Assembly: GCA_028534125.1 (NCBI GenBank) | Contig: CM052818.1 | Coordinates: 34,410,001 to 34,474,000 of the forward strand | Source of the DNA: Lama glama | Lineage: Eukaryota | DNA: 64,000 nt | Direction of reading: 5' to 3' | Shown here: piece after piece, positions 12,975-25,139 of the stretch | Numbering within the stretch: the stretch's first letter is position 1 | Layout: each line of letters starts with the position of its first letter | Notes under the pieces: generated by a model | Databases searched by the model: none | The model's input: the letters and a program-made list of their open reading frames with translations, nothing else | Told to the model about the DNA's origin: nothing | Program-made: the position numbers and the translations under genes

Positions 12975-14490
12975 CTCTATCTGCTCCATTAGAATATGAG
13001 CTCCCTGAGGGCAGGGAACTTGTCTCCATCACCACCGTGGTCCCCTAGTCCCTGGCCGATCTCATTCACACTTTAATATCACCTGCTCCTGGACATTTCC
13101 AAATGTCTGTGTCCAGCCCAAAGCTCTGTTCTAAGCTCTTAGCCCCATGTATCTAACTACCATGTCTCATCTCCAGGGGCACAGACACTCAACATGTCCA
13201 AAGTCATGTTCTTCCCCCCAAGCCTGTCCCTCTGCCAGGCTCCCAGCCCAGGAAGAGCATGTCCTCCATGTCAGAAACCCCTTGGTCACCATCGACAATT
13301 CCCACCCCTCCCCCTCCCATGTCCAATCTCCCAGTGCTGCTGATTCCACCTTAAAATGTCACATGAACTCATCCAGTTCTCTCCTTCTCGCCACCACAGC
13401 CCTGTCCCAGCACCGTTTCCCTCCCCTCAGTTACTCAGCAGTCTCCTCACATTCCTCCCCAAAGCCAGGCTGGCCTCCTTCCAGCATGTTCGCCAGCCAC
13501 CCTCTGTGCAGAATGACCCCTTGAAAACAAAAATCTGATTATGTCATTTCTCAGCATAACACCCTGCAATGACGTCCATGGCTTTCAGGAAAGCTTTGAA
13601 GATAAACCCTCCAGGAGCCACCGGCCCTGTGTGTTCTACCCCAACCCCCTTCCCAGTCTCCCTTGACTTGACTCTTACCCTCGAATCACATTCCGTCCTT
13701 AGGACCTTCTTGGCTCTGCCAGCATCTTTAGCGCCTTTTTCCCTGGGGGCTCTGCTGTTGGGAGACACCCTTCTCCGCTCCTGTCTGCTTCTCTCCTGTG
13801 CATCCTAAATGTCCCCTCTTCAAAGGGCTTCCCTGATCCCTAGCACTGGTCAAGTGTTGTCACTGTATCCTGCATTCTGTCCATAGCACCAGCACAGAAG
13901 GAATTACATAGTTAACCAAGTGATTTTTTTTCTATTTTTTAAATTGAGGTATAGTCAGTTTACAATGTTATATCAGTTTCTGGTGTGTAGCATAATGTTT
14001 CAGTCATACATATACATACATACATTCATTTTCATATTCTTTTTCATTATAGGTTACTGCAAGATATTGAGTATAGTTTCCTGTGCTCTACAGTACAAAC
14101 TTGTTATTTATCTATTTTATATGTAGCAGTTAGTATTTGCAAATCTGTTACTCTCATTTTATTCCTTCCCACCCTCTTTCCCCCGCTTCCCCGCCCCCAT
14201 AACTGTAAGTTTGTTTTCTATGTCTGTGAGTCTGCTTCTGTTTTGTAAATAAGTTCATTTGTGTCTTTTTTTTTTTTTTAAGATTCCACATATGAGTGAT
14301 ATCACATGGTAGTTTTCTTTCTCTTTCGGCTTACTTTGATCAAGTGATTCTTGAATATGTTTCTTCCCTACTCAATGCTAATCTCCTTGAGGCCAGGGCT
14401 GTATTTGTCTTGGTCACCACTATATCCCCAGTGCTAGTGAAGTGGCTGAGATGTCTTAGCAGACTGGTAAATAATTTTTTGAATCAGTGA
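12975..14490 (-). mobile_element. L2 3' region, interrupted by a younger L1
   Basis: cacagacactcaacatgtccaaag...aaaatctgattatgtca...ctccttgaggccagggctgtatttgtcttggtcacc...gaatcagtgaat. Confidence 0.7.
13926..14340 (-). mobile_element. Camelid-type L1 3' end (5'-truncated)
   Basis: Poly-T then attgaggtatagtcagtttacaatg...agattccacatatgagtgatatc; TSD caagtgatt at 13917-13925 and 14341-14349. Confidence 0.85.
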
Positions 14491-15119
14491 ATAAAAGATG
14501 AAGAAGGACAGCCAGCCCTCTCCACCCTCCCAGCCACCCAGCAGAAAGCAGTGTGGAGAGTGCCCAGGAGAGAGAGGGAGGCTGGCGTGGGGTTTCTAGT
14601 TAACAAGTGTCTCTGAGTGTGACTCTGAAAATAAGGAATTGTGAATTGCTGTTGAATGCATCTTCTTATTGCTGGGCTTAAGGCGCTGGCCGGGGAGCCA
14701 GCAGATCTGGGTTGCGGTCCCAGGTCTGGCACAAATCATGACGAATAGCATTTTTATAATGCTTCACAGTTTACAAGACATTTCCACAGATAGGATCTCA
14801 TTAAACTGGCACAGTGACCTCCAGCAAGCAGCTTTTAGAGGCCTGCTGGGAGGGAGGAGACCTGGAATGAGCTGGGTTCCAGATCCCGCTGTGCCTCATC
14901 TCCCCACGTGATCTCAGAAGTGCTTCCTCTCGGGCCCTGCGTCTACTGTAAAATGAAGATGTACGACGAATGATCTTTAGCGTTTGTCAGTGGGAATTTG
15001 GAACTAAAATTTCAGGACTAGTTCAGTCAGAATGCAAAGTCTTTGCAATGTCCTTTCTTCTCACGTGGCTCGGCAGCACCCCCAGGGGCTCCTGACAATG
15101 TCATGGGTGCCCCAGTGAG

Positions 15120-15560
15120 GTGTCAGCAAAAGCAGGACTGAAACCAGGATTTTGTACAGGTGGTTTACTTGAGAGCCGATCCCAGGGAGCAGGAGTGAGG
15201 AGCTGGGGAGAGAGGAGAAGCCCAACTAGGGGTGTGTGTCTAGATCACTCTGACTCAAAGGGCTATGACCCCGTCAGGCCCTGCTGAGAAACCACAGAGC
15301 GCCTCCCAGAGCTGTCGCCCAGAAGTGTGGATGTGGGAGCCTTTCTCTACCAGTTTTCAGCCTCACGGGTGGAGGCTCCCCGCCCCTGGGAGTGTCACTT
15401 GGAACTTCTGGGCTGTGCTTACCCACCTGGGACAGAAAACACAAAGAGAATCCTTGGGGCAACACTCTGAGATGGACCAACTCTCCTAGACTGTCCTCGC
15501 AGCATTGCTGGAAGTCAGGGTGGGGCCTGTGGCCCCAGGGCATCTGATGTAAGTTGCAGA
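15120..15560 (-). mobile_element. ERVL LTR, LTR16-family
   Basis: gatcccagggagcaggagtgaggagctggggagagaggagaagccc resembles LTR16A. Confidence 0.5.
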
Positions 15561-16380
15561 GGGGCAGGGACATGAGAGAACGGGTGCTGGGACCTTCCTC
15601 CCATACCCCTACCAGTCCTCCACCCTCTGAGTGTCCAGGCCCCCCCACCCTCTTTTCTGTGGAGTTTGTGGTGTCCCGGGCCATTGAAGATGGGGTGGGG
15701 TGGGGTCTGTCCATCTGGGCAATTCAGATGGTGTTCAGCAGAGCCTTCGGAAGCAAACTGCTGTTCTGCTGGACGGTCCTTGAGTGACAGCTGGACTGGA
15801 CCTGAGATGGAGCGTCTGCCCCTCCGACAAGGAAGTGGATCATTCATGTGGCTCCTCCCTCTAGGCAGTGAGTGATGCTCCCCCCCAACGGTTAACAAAT
15901 GGTTTGTCTGCAGGCTTGGGCCCCACAGGCCTGGCAGTGGCAGTGCCCCAAGTGGGAAGTTGGGAGATCCTTGCCAGCCTCCTTGGTGATGTAATACTTC
16001 CTCTCTGTCCTTCTCTTATAAACTCTGGACCCTGCTTCCCTCAGCTTTCCCTCTGGATTCTCAAAATTCTGATTTGTTAATAAAAAAAGGAACACTGGCT
16101 GCTTCTAGCTCTTTTCCTCTACTATAGCAATTTAACTTCTCCCCCAGGCAATGTGAATGAGAGACTAAAAAAAAAAAAGTCTCTTATGAGAAAGTGGAAA
16201 AGAACACAAAGATTTAAATTTCAAGGTATTAGCTGTCCACGTTCTGCCTCTGGGTGAATCTATTTAAACCCCAAGTAAATTTCACTCTCCTCTGGGGAGG
16301 AAGGGGTCTCTTTCTTTTCAAAAGGTTGGATCTAGTTCTTTATTTCTCTAACTGTACCCCACCCCAGATTTCCTAGTGTT

Positions 16381-17041
16381 GTGTAAGAAAGAATTCAGAT
16401 GGCTTATTCCCAGGCTCCTAGGAGGTAACCACTATATCCTTGGGATTTCCCAAGTGATAGGAGTGTCTTAGCCACGCATGGTGGGCTCTTCAGATCAAAT
16501 CTGAGTTCATGCTAATGAGATGACTCAGGATGGGGGCTGGCCGTGCCAGAAGGACCAACCATGCAATTAGAGGCTTGAGTTTTGAGCCAGCTGATGTCAG
16601 CCTGACCTCTGCGGAGGGGTGGAAGCCCGGAGATTAAGTGCAGTCACGTGACTGATGATTCACTCAACCATGCTCACAGGATGAGACTCCAAGAAAATTC
16701 TGAACTCAGGCTCGGGTGAGCTCTTCCTGGTTAGTGTTGCATATCCACGGTCCAGGAGAGCGATGCATCCTGAAGACACAGAAGCTTCACATTTGAGACT
16801 GAGATTTCCCATGATGTGTCTCTTCTTTGGGCTGATCCTGATTTGTACCCTTTTTCATAAAACTGTTGTCATATGAATAGTGCTTTCCTGATTTCTGTGA
16901 ATTGTTCTAACGAATCACCAAACCTGAGGGGTAGTGGCCACTTAGTAGAAGCACAGAGGACCTGGGAACCCCAGAACTTGCAGCTGTGTTTCATGCCCTT
17001 GAGCTGAGTGTGACGGGAAAGGTGATGTGTGGTGTGCTTAC
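16381..17041 (+). mobile_element. ERVL solo LTR, MER77/MER21-like
   Basis: ggaggtaaccactatatccttgggatttcccaagtgataggagtgtctt...atgctaatgagatgactcaggatggggctggcc...accaaacctgagggg. Confidence 0.75.
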
Positions 17042-18564
17042 AGACAGTGGGCGGTGTAGGGTACACCTGGCCAGAATCCCCCACCTTACCCTCCTTCCCT
17101 CACTGTCAGCGTCCAGGCTCCAGCCCAGCTCGTCTGGCTGGTGAGGGTCACTAGGGCCTGCTGGACCAGCCCTCAGGGGCCTGGGCTCTCCCTGGCTTCC
17201 CAGGCAGGCCCCCTCCAGCTGCTCTGACTTCAGTGTTCTCTTCCTGGCCCAGCCATGGAGCCTTTCCTCAGCCTGCAAGGAAAAGAGAGTTTATTCTCTA
17301 ACGCTGCTCAGATCTTCCTCTCAAGTCTCCACCCTTAGACTTGTCGTTAATAATATTTCATTGTCTTCTAAGTTGAATTATTTCTTTCCCGTACAAACGT
17401 TCCATCTATTTGAAGATTCACTGTCTGTTTCAACATCACCACCTTCCGCTCTAACAATCCTTCTCTTCCCACAGACAATGTAAATGGGAAACAGAAGAAC
17501 TGCTTTAAACGGTCTCTTGGGGTGAGCCAGTCCCTTTGTGTAAATATTCAGTGCTTCATGCTTTGTCACTGCTCCTGTACCCCAAGTCGGTATCCAGGTG
17601 CATGAGGGGGGCTCCCCTGGCCATGGGGAGGCGTCCTTGGGTCTGTGCTTGTTCTCTGCATTTTTGCTGGGGTCCAATGAGGTCTGACAGTCACACCAGG
17701 CCTTCAGGGTACTGTGCTGACATGCACTGGGGGGTCCATGGTGTCCCATTAGTTCCTGGGAAAGGGCCTTGCTGGGCTCTGCATCCTGGCCAGGCGTTTG
17801 CTTGAGCGCTCAGCCCCTCTGATGTTCTCCCTGGGGCATGTGGGAGCTTCTGGGTCCCCTGCACTGCAAGGAAGCCGGGAGCCCTGCCATGGTCCCACTT
17901 CCCCTGCCGCTGGGGCACCTGGGCTTCGCACTGTGCTGGAAATGGCCGGGATTAGAAGGCAGACCTCTAGAGGTGAGCAGTACCCCCGACTCCCCTCACC
18001 AGTGAGCCTGGAGAAGTACGACTCAAGCTCTGAGATTCCCAGCATCCAGGGATGTTTCTAAAATCCTGACGCCCATCTTTGGGTCCTGAGCACATGACAG
18101 CCCAGCTTCCTCACCACCTTCCTCATCCCCTCTGTCCCTAAGATGGAAGGGCAGGCCTTCCATCCCTTTTTCTCTTGCCTGTCAGGATGCCCCTGCAAAG
18201 AACAGGATCTGCACCGCCCCCCGCCCCTAGACCTTTCTCTTGCCACATCAAAGGAATTTAGAAAATCCTCTCTCCAGACAGAGGGTGGTTTCCCAGTCTG
18301 CTCAGTTGCAGGGAATTCAAATAAAAACCTAGTTGGTGTTCAGAGCTGGGCAGTGACTTTCTCCAGCAAGATCTACCCTCACCTCAGCACTGAACAGCTG
18401 CAGTGGGGGGAGCCCCCTTGGGCTACAAGACTCATAGGCTGAGGAAGTAGATCGGAAACAAATTCAAAATGTGTTATCTCACTTACACATTCCTTTAATG
18501 TTTATGGTGGCCCTACTATGTGTCATGCACTAAGTTCGGGCATAAAGCCCTCTTGAAATTGTTT

Positions 18565-19870
18565 TCAGTAAACACTTGATTAAAATATAGTTGATATACT
18601 ATACAATTCATTAAAAGGGTACAACTTGGTATTTTTTCAGTGTATTCACAGAGTTGTACCACCATCACCACCATCTAATTTTAGAATATTTTCATCACCC
18701 CCCAAAGAAACCCCATATTTATTAGCAGGAACGCCTCTCCCCCAGACTCCCCTTGCCCTAGCTCCTGGCAACCACTGATCTACTTTCTGTCTCTACAGAT
18801 TTGTCTATTCTAGGCATTTCATATAAAGGAAATCATACAGTATGTGACCTTTTGTGAATAGCTTCCTTCATTTTGTGTAACATTTTCAAGCTTCATCCAT
18901 GCTGTACCATGTATCAATACTTCATTTATTTTTATTGTCGAATAACACTCCATTGGATGCATACATCACCTTTTATTTATACATTCATCAGTTGATGAAA
19001 ACTTGGGCTGTCTCTACTGTGGGGCTGTTGTGAATAAAGCAGCAATGAACATTCATGTACCAGTTTTTTTTTTTAATGTGGACAAATGTTTTCATTTTTC
19101 TTGGGTATATAGACAGAAGTGGAATTGCTGGATCATAGCTGTTAAAAAACAAAATTCATCTGTGTAAATTTTAAAGTTCTCATTGGCTTTATTCAATGAT
19201 TCATGAATCAAAATCTAGCAGATAGAGAGGAACTCTGAGGAGCTGCACAAAAGGAAAAGCTTTTATAGGCAGAAGCGAGGAAGAATGAGGAAATTATAGT
19301 AGCAAAAAGCAGATTGGTTGTTCCACAGTCACTTTCCCTTCGGGGCTGGCAGGGGTCTGTCGGGCAGACGACCTCACTTGCGCTGATCAACCAATTCCTG
19401 GCTGACTGGTTTTAAGATTGCATTTCTGGGAGAGCTGAAACTAATTAAGTTAAGTTTTGGTTTGGTGATGTAGGGTTTAGCATGAGTGACTCCATTTTGA
19501 GCCTATTGTCTTGTTTTTAGTATATGGTAACTCTGCTTAATATTTTGAGGAGCTGCCAAAATCTCTTCGAAAGTGGCCTCACCATTTAACATGCCCACTA
19601 GCAGTGTATGACGGCTCTGATTTCTCCACACCCTTGCCCTCCTGGTGGATGTGCAGTGGTGTGTCACTGCAGTTTTGATTTGTTATCTCCCTGATGGCTA
19701 GGATGGTGAGCATCTTTTCATGAGCTCCTCGGTCATTCATAAATATCTTCTTTGGAGAAATGTCTCTTTAAATACTTTGCCTGTTTTTTTAAGTTGGGCT
19801 TAAAAAATTTGTCTTTTTATTGTTGAGTGGTTAGCATTCTTTATGTATTCTGGATACAAATTCTATCTCA
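18565..19870 (-). mobile_element. L1MB-type 3' end, interrupted by an LTR
   Basis: cctggcaaccactgatctactttctgtctct...agtggaattgctggatcata/tatggtaactct...tctttggagaaatgtct. Confidence 0.8.
19140..19522 (-). mobile_element. ERV1-type solo LTR (MER93-like) nested in L1MB
   Basis: Splits the L1 motif gctggatcata|tatggtaac; ends agcatgagtgactccattttg. Confidence 0.6.
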
Positions 19871-20489
19871 GCCCTTTTTGAATTTGAAGAGACATCTAAA
19901 TCAAGGTCAGAGTAGGGGTTGCTGTTTGAACAGTCGGTGGAGTTCATTGCCAGGTGACAGAAACTTCGCAAAAATGCATTTCATGCCATGCAGAGGGTTC
20001 ATGAAGGGACGTACCCTGGAGGGGAAGGATGCGGAACTGTTGGGGCAGGCGTGGGCCTGCTCTCCATTCAGAATCCCTGCCAAAGAGGAGTTTGAGAGAT
20101 TGTAGGCTGGAGGTGGGTAAGGATGCTAGCTGGTTAGTGTATTGAAGGCAGAATCATTTGGGGAATTTTTTTCTTTTCTTTTTTTGTAAGGAGCATAGGC
20201 TTTTGTTTCTTGAGCAAATGGGAAGGCACATAGAAAAGCATTTCGGAATTACAAAGAGCTATGCAAATGTAAGGTGATATTCTTTTTGTTACTACTGTTA
20301 TTTGTGGGAACCAATGAAAACCCCCTCCAGGATGAAATCACAGAGCCTGTGTGTGGGAGTGGAGTGGGCAGAGGGTGAGGGAAGCGATGTGAGGGGATGG
20401 AAACCAAAGGAGAGAGGAGGGTAGCAGGATTTGCCAACCTTGGTTACCTGTGTGTGAGATGAGAGAGAGACAGCTTTGTGGCTTCTGGT

Positions 20490-20690
20490 ATATTCTGTTA
20501 CCACCAGTCTAATTATTTACTTAATATTTTTCTTTATATGGGCTCCTATTTCTCTTCATCAAACAGATACACTTATAAAGGAAATATATCACAGGTATAA
20601 ATGGCAAACCTGCATCATTTTCAGAATGGAAGGAACTATATAAACAAATATAAGGAAAACCAAAGAGTGTCATTAAATTCTAGCTGGAAG
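20490..20690. mobile_element. MER113-like hAT-Charlie fragment
   Basis: aaaggaaatatatcacaggtataaatggcaaacc...tgtcattaaattctagctgga. Confidence 0.55.
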
Positions 20691-21431
20691 TTGTTCCTTT
20701 CTGGGCTTGGAAAACTCTTTGGTCTTCTCAGTCTGGCTCATCTCTCCTTATCCCTCAGGTCTCTGCCCAAGTGGCCCCTCCTTAGGAAGCCTCTCCAGCC
20801 CCACCCCATCTCCATCTTTGCTTTGTTTCTTTCATAGCCCTTATCACTAAGGGGTGTTGGTTTTCCTACGGCCATCTAGCTCCACGAGGGCAGGGTCTTG
20901 TCTGGCTTAATCACTCTGTCTCCACTGCCAGGCTCAGTAAATAGCTGTGGAGTGAGTAGCTAAAAGCTCTGAGCAGCAGGGATGTTCTCTAGTTTGTTTT
21001 TGTTCTCCTTTTAGCAAGTGTCAACCAGGTGTGAAAGGCACACACCAGTGCCTGCTGCCACTTACACCTCCTGGAACAAGAGATCCAAGCGAGCGAGACT
21101 TGAGAAGGAAGTAGCCTTCCGGGGCACGATCCCAAAGCTCCCCTAGTTCCCACCTTGCACTGTGGGAACCCCAGTCCTGCGATCCAGGCTTCAGTTCCCT
21201 CCTTGGCCACTGGCCAGCTGAGTGACCCCATAGCATCACTGGACCACACCAGCTTCCGCCTTCCCCAGAGCTCTGTGAGCACAGCAGGAGACAGTATCTG
21301 TGGACACACCTGGCAAGAAAAGCTGCTCAGTAAATGAGAATAGGAGCTCAGAGGGTTAACCAGAAGATGGGATGGAACTACGGACTTTGCTGGCTAAAAT
21401 CTTACCCTTCCTTCCAGGCCCAACTTTAAAA

Positions 21432-21690
21432 AGTAATAATATTGCTTTCCCTTTATTAAGTACTCCTTATGTGCCAGGTACCTTGCTAAATAAGAGGTTT
21501 ATAGATCTATCATTTAATTTTAGCCTTGCGATCATTTTATAAAGTAGGCATTTATGATTCTCTTTTTACAGATGAGGAAACTAAGACAGAGAGGTTGAGT
21601 AACTTGCTGAAAGTCACGTGTCTGGTCAGCATGCGGCAGATCTGGGATCCGAACCCAGGCAATGGGACAACAGTATGACTCTCAGACCTG
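21432..21690 (-). mobile_element. MIR SINE just upstream of the CIB4 promoter
   Basis: MIR core ttttacagatgaggaaactaagacagagaggttgagtaacttgc. Confidence 0.85.
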
Positions 21691-21719
21691 CTATTGGGCT
21701 TCCTTTCTGTTTGCTGTTT

Positions 21720-21898
21720 CGGGGGTGATGTCAACTAGCCTTGGGAACCAAAAGAATCTGTTTCTTTGCCCACTCAGGGGCTCAGGTAGAATGGGCAGAA
21801 GGTGGAATGTAGGTTACCATGACAACCGATCACTTAGTGCACAGCTGATGAGCCCTAGGGGCTGAGGTTCCGCTGGCAGAGAGAAGGGTGGGGTTGGC
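21720..21898 (+). promoter_or_regulatory. Putative CIB4 proximal promoter / 5' UTR with RFX X-box (GTTACCATGACAAC, 21813-21826) and CRE-like TGATGTCA (21726-21733)
   Basis: Motifs read directly from non-repeat sequence immediately upstream of the ATG; TSS not determinable. Confidence 0.55.
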
Positions 21899-21952
21899 AT
21901 GGGGCAATGTTTAAGGTACCAGATGCACTGGGAGGACTTGGAAGAATACCAG
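21899..21952 (+). CDS. CIB4: CIB4 coding exon 1 ([18 protein letters not shown])
   Basis: ATG in ggcATGG context (G at -3 and +4); in-frame upstream stop TGA at 21863-21865; 54 nt; donor CAG|gtgggt. Confidence 0.95.
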
Positions 21953-22424
21953 GTGGGTAGGTCAGGCAGGAGATGCTGGGCAGAGGCGGGAGCTTCCTGA
22001 GGCTGGTGGGATGGGTAGGCAAACTCTTGCCTGAAGCTGGAGAGTTTATCAGGCAGGGTGGTGATGGCCCTTGCCTTTGCTAAACCTCCATCCATGTGAT
22101 CCAGACCAGCCTTCCGAGGACCCCTCCCCCATTTGTCTTCTGCTCCAGAGCGCAGGGTTTTAGCATTGTGTCCAATCCTCTCTGCATTTCTGTACTAACG
22201 TGCTCCTCCCTGAGGCCATCAAAGACGGGAGAGGAGGGCAGGGCACTGTTTCCTCCTCTCCACCACCTCTGGCATCCACTGCCGAGGGCCAGGAGCCTCC
22301 ATTCCCTGGCTGTGGCATGACAGCATGAGCTTTTCCTCCCCGGTCCCTGAAGCTCCCTGCTCCCCAGGGGGCCAGGGCAGGGCTGGACAGAGTGAGCAGG
22401 TCACCTCTCTGTGGTTTGTTGCAG

Positions 22425-22459
22425 GCCTTGACCTTCTTGACCAGAAATGAAATCCTGTG
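22425..22459 (+). CDS. CIB4: CIB4 coding exon 2 (ALTFLTRNEIL-C)
   Basis: Acceptor tttgttgcag|, 35 nt, donor TG|gtgagt; CIB-family TFLTR.EIL motif. Confidence 0.95.
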
Positions 22460-23479
22460 GTGAGTAGAGGGTGCGCCCTCTCCCTCCCCTTGAGCTGCAG
22501 TCTTGCCCTGGTACAGCCTCACTCTGGTCCTTGAGCGTGGTCCCTGCTCAGAGCTACTGAGTGCTGGAGATGAGGGGACCGCGGACAGGCAGAGACAGAC
22601 CCCAGCCCCAGGGGTCTGAGGTCATGATTTCCAGGATACGACTAGATTTGAATCAAATGTTAAGCTTTGGGCTGCTATGGGATTCAAGGCAGGGTTTCTT
22701 CATACAATCCCAGAGGTGGACAGGACCTCCCTGGGATGATGAGGAAAAGGAGGACAGGACTTAGGAAATAGGTCTGAAGCCCATTTGATTGGCTAACCCA
22801 CTAGCTGGGTAAAGCTGATGCGCTGCTGAGTCTCTCTTAGCCCTCCCTTCCCTCCCAAGCATCCCTCCAGTGCCTGGTACGTGGCAGACACAGTGATGGC
22901 ACTGGGAGTGTCATGGGGAGCAGTGCACAGTTCCTGTTCTCATGCAGGCGACGGGACAGCGGGGAAGGCACCAGGCTAAAGACACCCATCACGACGATCC
23001 CTGCCGGGACTGCAGAGGGAGTAGCTGGCACGAGAGATGTAGGAGAGCCCAGGTGGGCCAGGTGCTCATGAAAACTTGTTAGAGGAATAAGTGGGCTCAC
23101 TAAGGCATTTTTGGTGGGGTGGGGTGCAGCTGGAGTGAGGTGACCACTTTGAGACCCTCTGCTTGGACTCACCCTCCCCAACCATCATGCCCAGCCTGGA
23201 AGCCACACTTCCCATGCAAGGTCCCAGTCAGGGCAAAGACTTTGCTACAAGCATGAGACTCCCCAGGCTCAGATGGGGACTGAGGGATGGCTGAGTCACA
23301 GGGAGCCATGGAGACCAGGGACAGTCACAGAGTTACATGATTTTCCTTCTAAACTTAATATTTATTTACTTTTTTAAATATGGAAAAATATGGCAAAACT
23401 CCAAATAACCTATATCTTACAACCCATATATCTCTTATTGATATTTTCTAAAAAGGAACACTGGACTAAAACTGAAAGA

Positions 23480-24130
23480 ACCAAATATTTTAGAAAATGA
23501 AACAAAGTTTAAAAAATAATATGTGAGCATGGCTAGAAAATTCAAATAGCAGAGAAAATTCTAGATGAAATGTAAATATGTCCCTTCCCTCTTCCCAGGC
23601 CTTCTCCCTGAAGATAGCCACTGCCCACAGTTAGCTTCTCATCGAGTCTTCTAGAAAAAAATGTTTCATAGCTAGACCTACATAAATATCCTTAAGAAAT
23701 TGTATCCCATTCAAACTGTTGCGTTTACACGTTCATAGTGTAGGTTCATAATGTTCTGGACCTTTTTTTTTTCTTTAAGTTTTCACATTAACTAGTTCTA
23801 CATAAAGCACATAGAGATCTGCTTCGTTCTTTTTAATGGCTGTGGAACGCTCCTTCCTATGGAAGAAACATTTTACCATCCCCTCCATAACAAACACTTA
23901 AGCTGTTTATGGGTTTTAGTTTCACAAATAAGGCTAATGTAAACATTTCTGTACAAAAAGCTCATCCAACAGGTGAGAGAAAATCCATAGGAAGGATTTC
24001 TAGCCATAGAAATGCTGGGCAAAGGGTGGGTGTATTTAAAATGTTGATGAGGTAACAGGATTGTCCTGTAGACAGTTGGCACTAATTTATTCTCTCACCA
24101 CTTGAACATGACCATGCCTGCTCCACTCCA
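23480..24130 (-). mobile_element. Old L1 (L1ME-type) 3' fragment
   Basis: ttctttttaatggctg...gatttctagccatagaaatgctgggcaaaggg...ggcactaatttattctctcacca. Confidence 0.6.
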
Positions 24131-25139
24131 GAAAGTGCAAGGACTCTCAAGTGATATTCTCTGGATCCCTGGGGCTCCTCACGTGTGCCCTCGAGGCTGC
24201 CCCGGAGTGAGTGTCGTGGTGGTGGTGGGGGGAATGAACCTAGAGAGAGGAATGAGGGGAGGGTTCAGTCTCTCTGACATAGACCCTCATCTTCATGTGT
24301 TCTATACCGGCCTTCTCAGAAAGATGTCCTGGTGAAAAGCTGTCCTTAAGGACTCTTCCTCTCTGAGCTGCCCACCCAGGCTGTGAGGCTGCCCCTGCCT
24401 TGTTCCTGTTTCCCACCTCTTTTCACCCCTGCTGAAGATGACCTCCCCATGAGAAGGGCCTGGCCAGATCTGATTTGTGCCAGGGAGGCAGGGCCCCGCT
24501 AGTGATGCCAGCAAAGGCTCCACTTCAGCCCAGTGTCTCCCACCAGCTTCTCTCAAAGCTGCCTCAGGCTGCCCCTTCTTTTGGCTGCTCCCGCCCCTTG
24601 GGTAGCTCCTGCCCACAGGCTCCCACGTCTGGGGGACTTGAAGAGCAGGATGGGTCAGTGAGATGGGAGGGGGTTGGGACGCCATTGCTTCAGGAAGGCA
24701 GAGAGGAGATGCAGTGGCTCCATGCCTACTCTGCTTTTGTTTCTCCATATCGGAGACTTTCAGATGAGGCAGAGCAGGACAAGCACTGAGTGGGCACAGA
24801 AATTCAAGGTGGGTGGGATGATAACAGGGAGAGTTTGCTGCTGCCTCTAACCAAGGTGAGTCTCCAGACCCAGAAGACCCAGTCCTGGGGAGCAGCTGAG
24901 GATGTGAAGAGCTGTCAAGAGCTTTGAAGAATGGAGAGAACAGGGGAAGGACTGGAAGGCTGCTTCAGAAAGGGAGACATGCATTGGCCTGGCCATTGCA
25001 CTTGTATCAAGAGGGCATGAATGAAATAAATGTGGATGAGTCCATGCATCAGTGGGACACTGTCTTTCGAGAAAAGGAGAAGTTTTATGTTAGGTGTGGA
25101 GCCGTCTCCAAGGTATATTGTAAAGTGAAAAAAGCAAAG

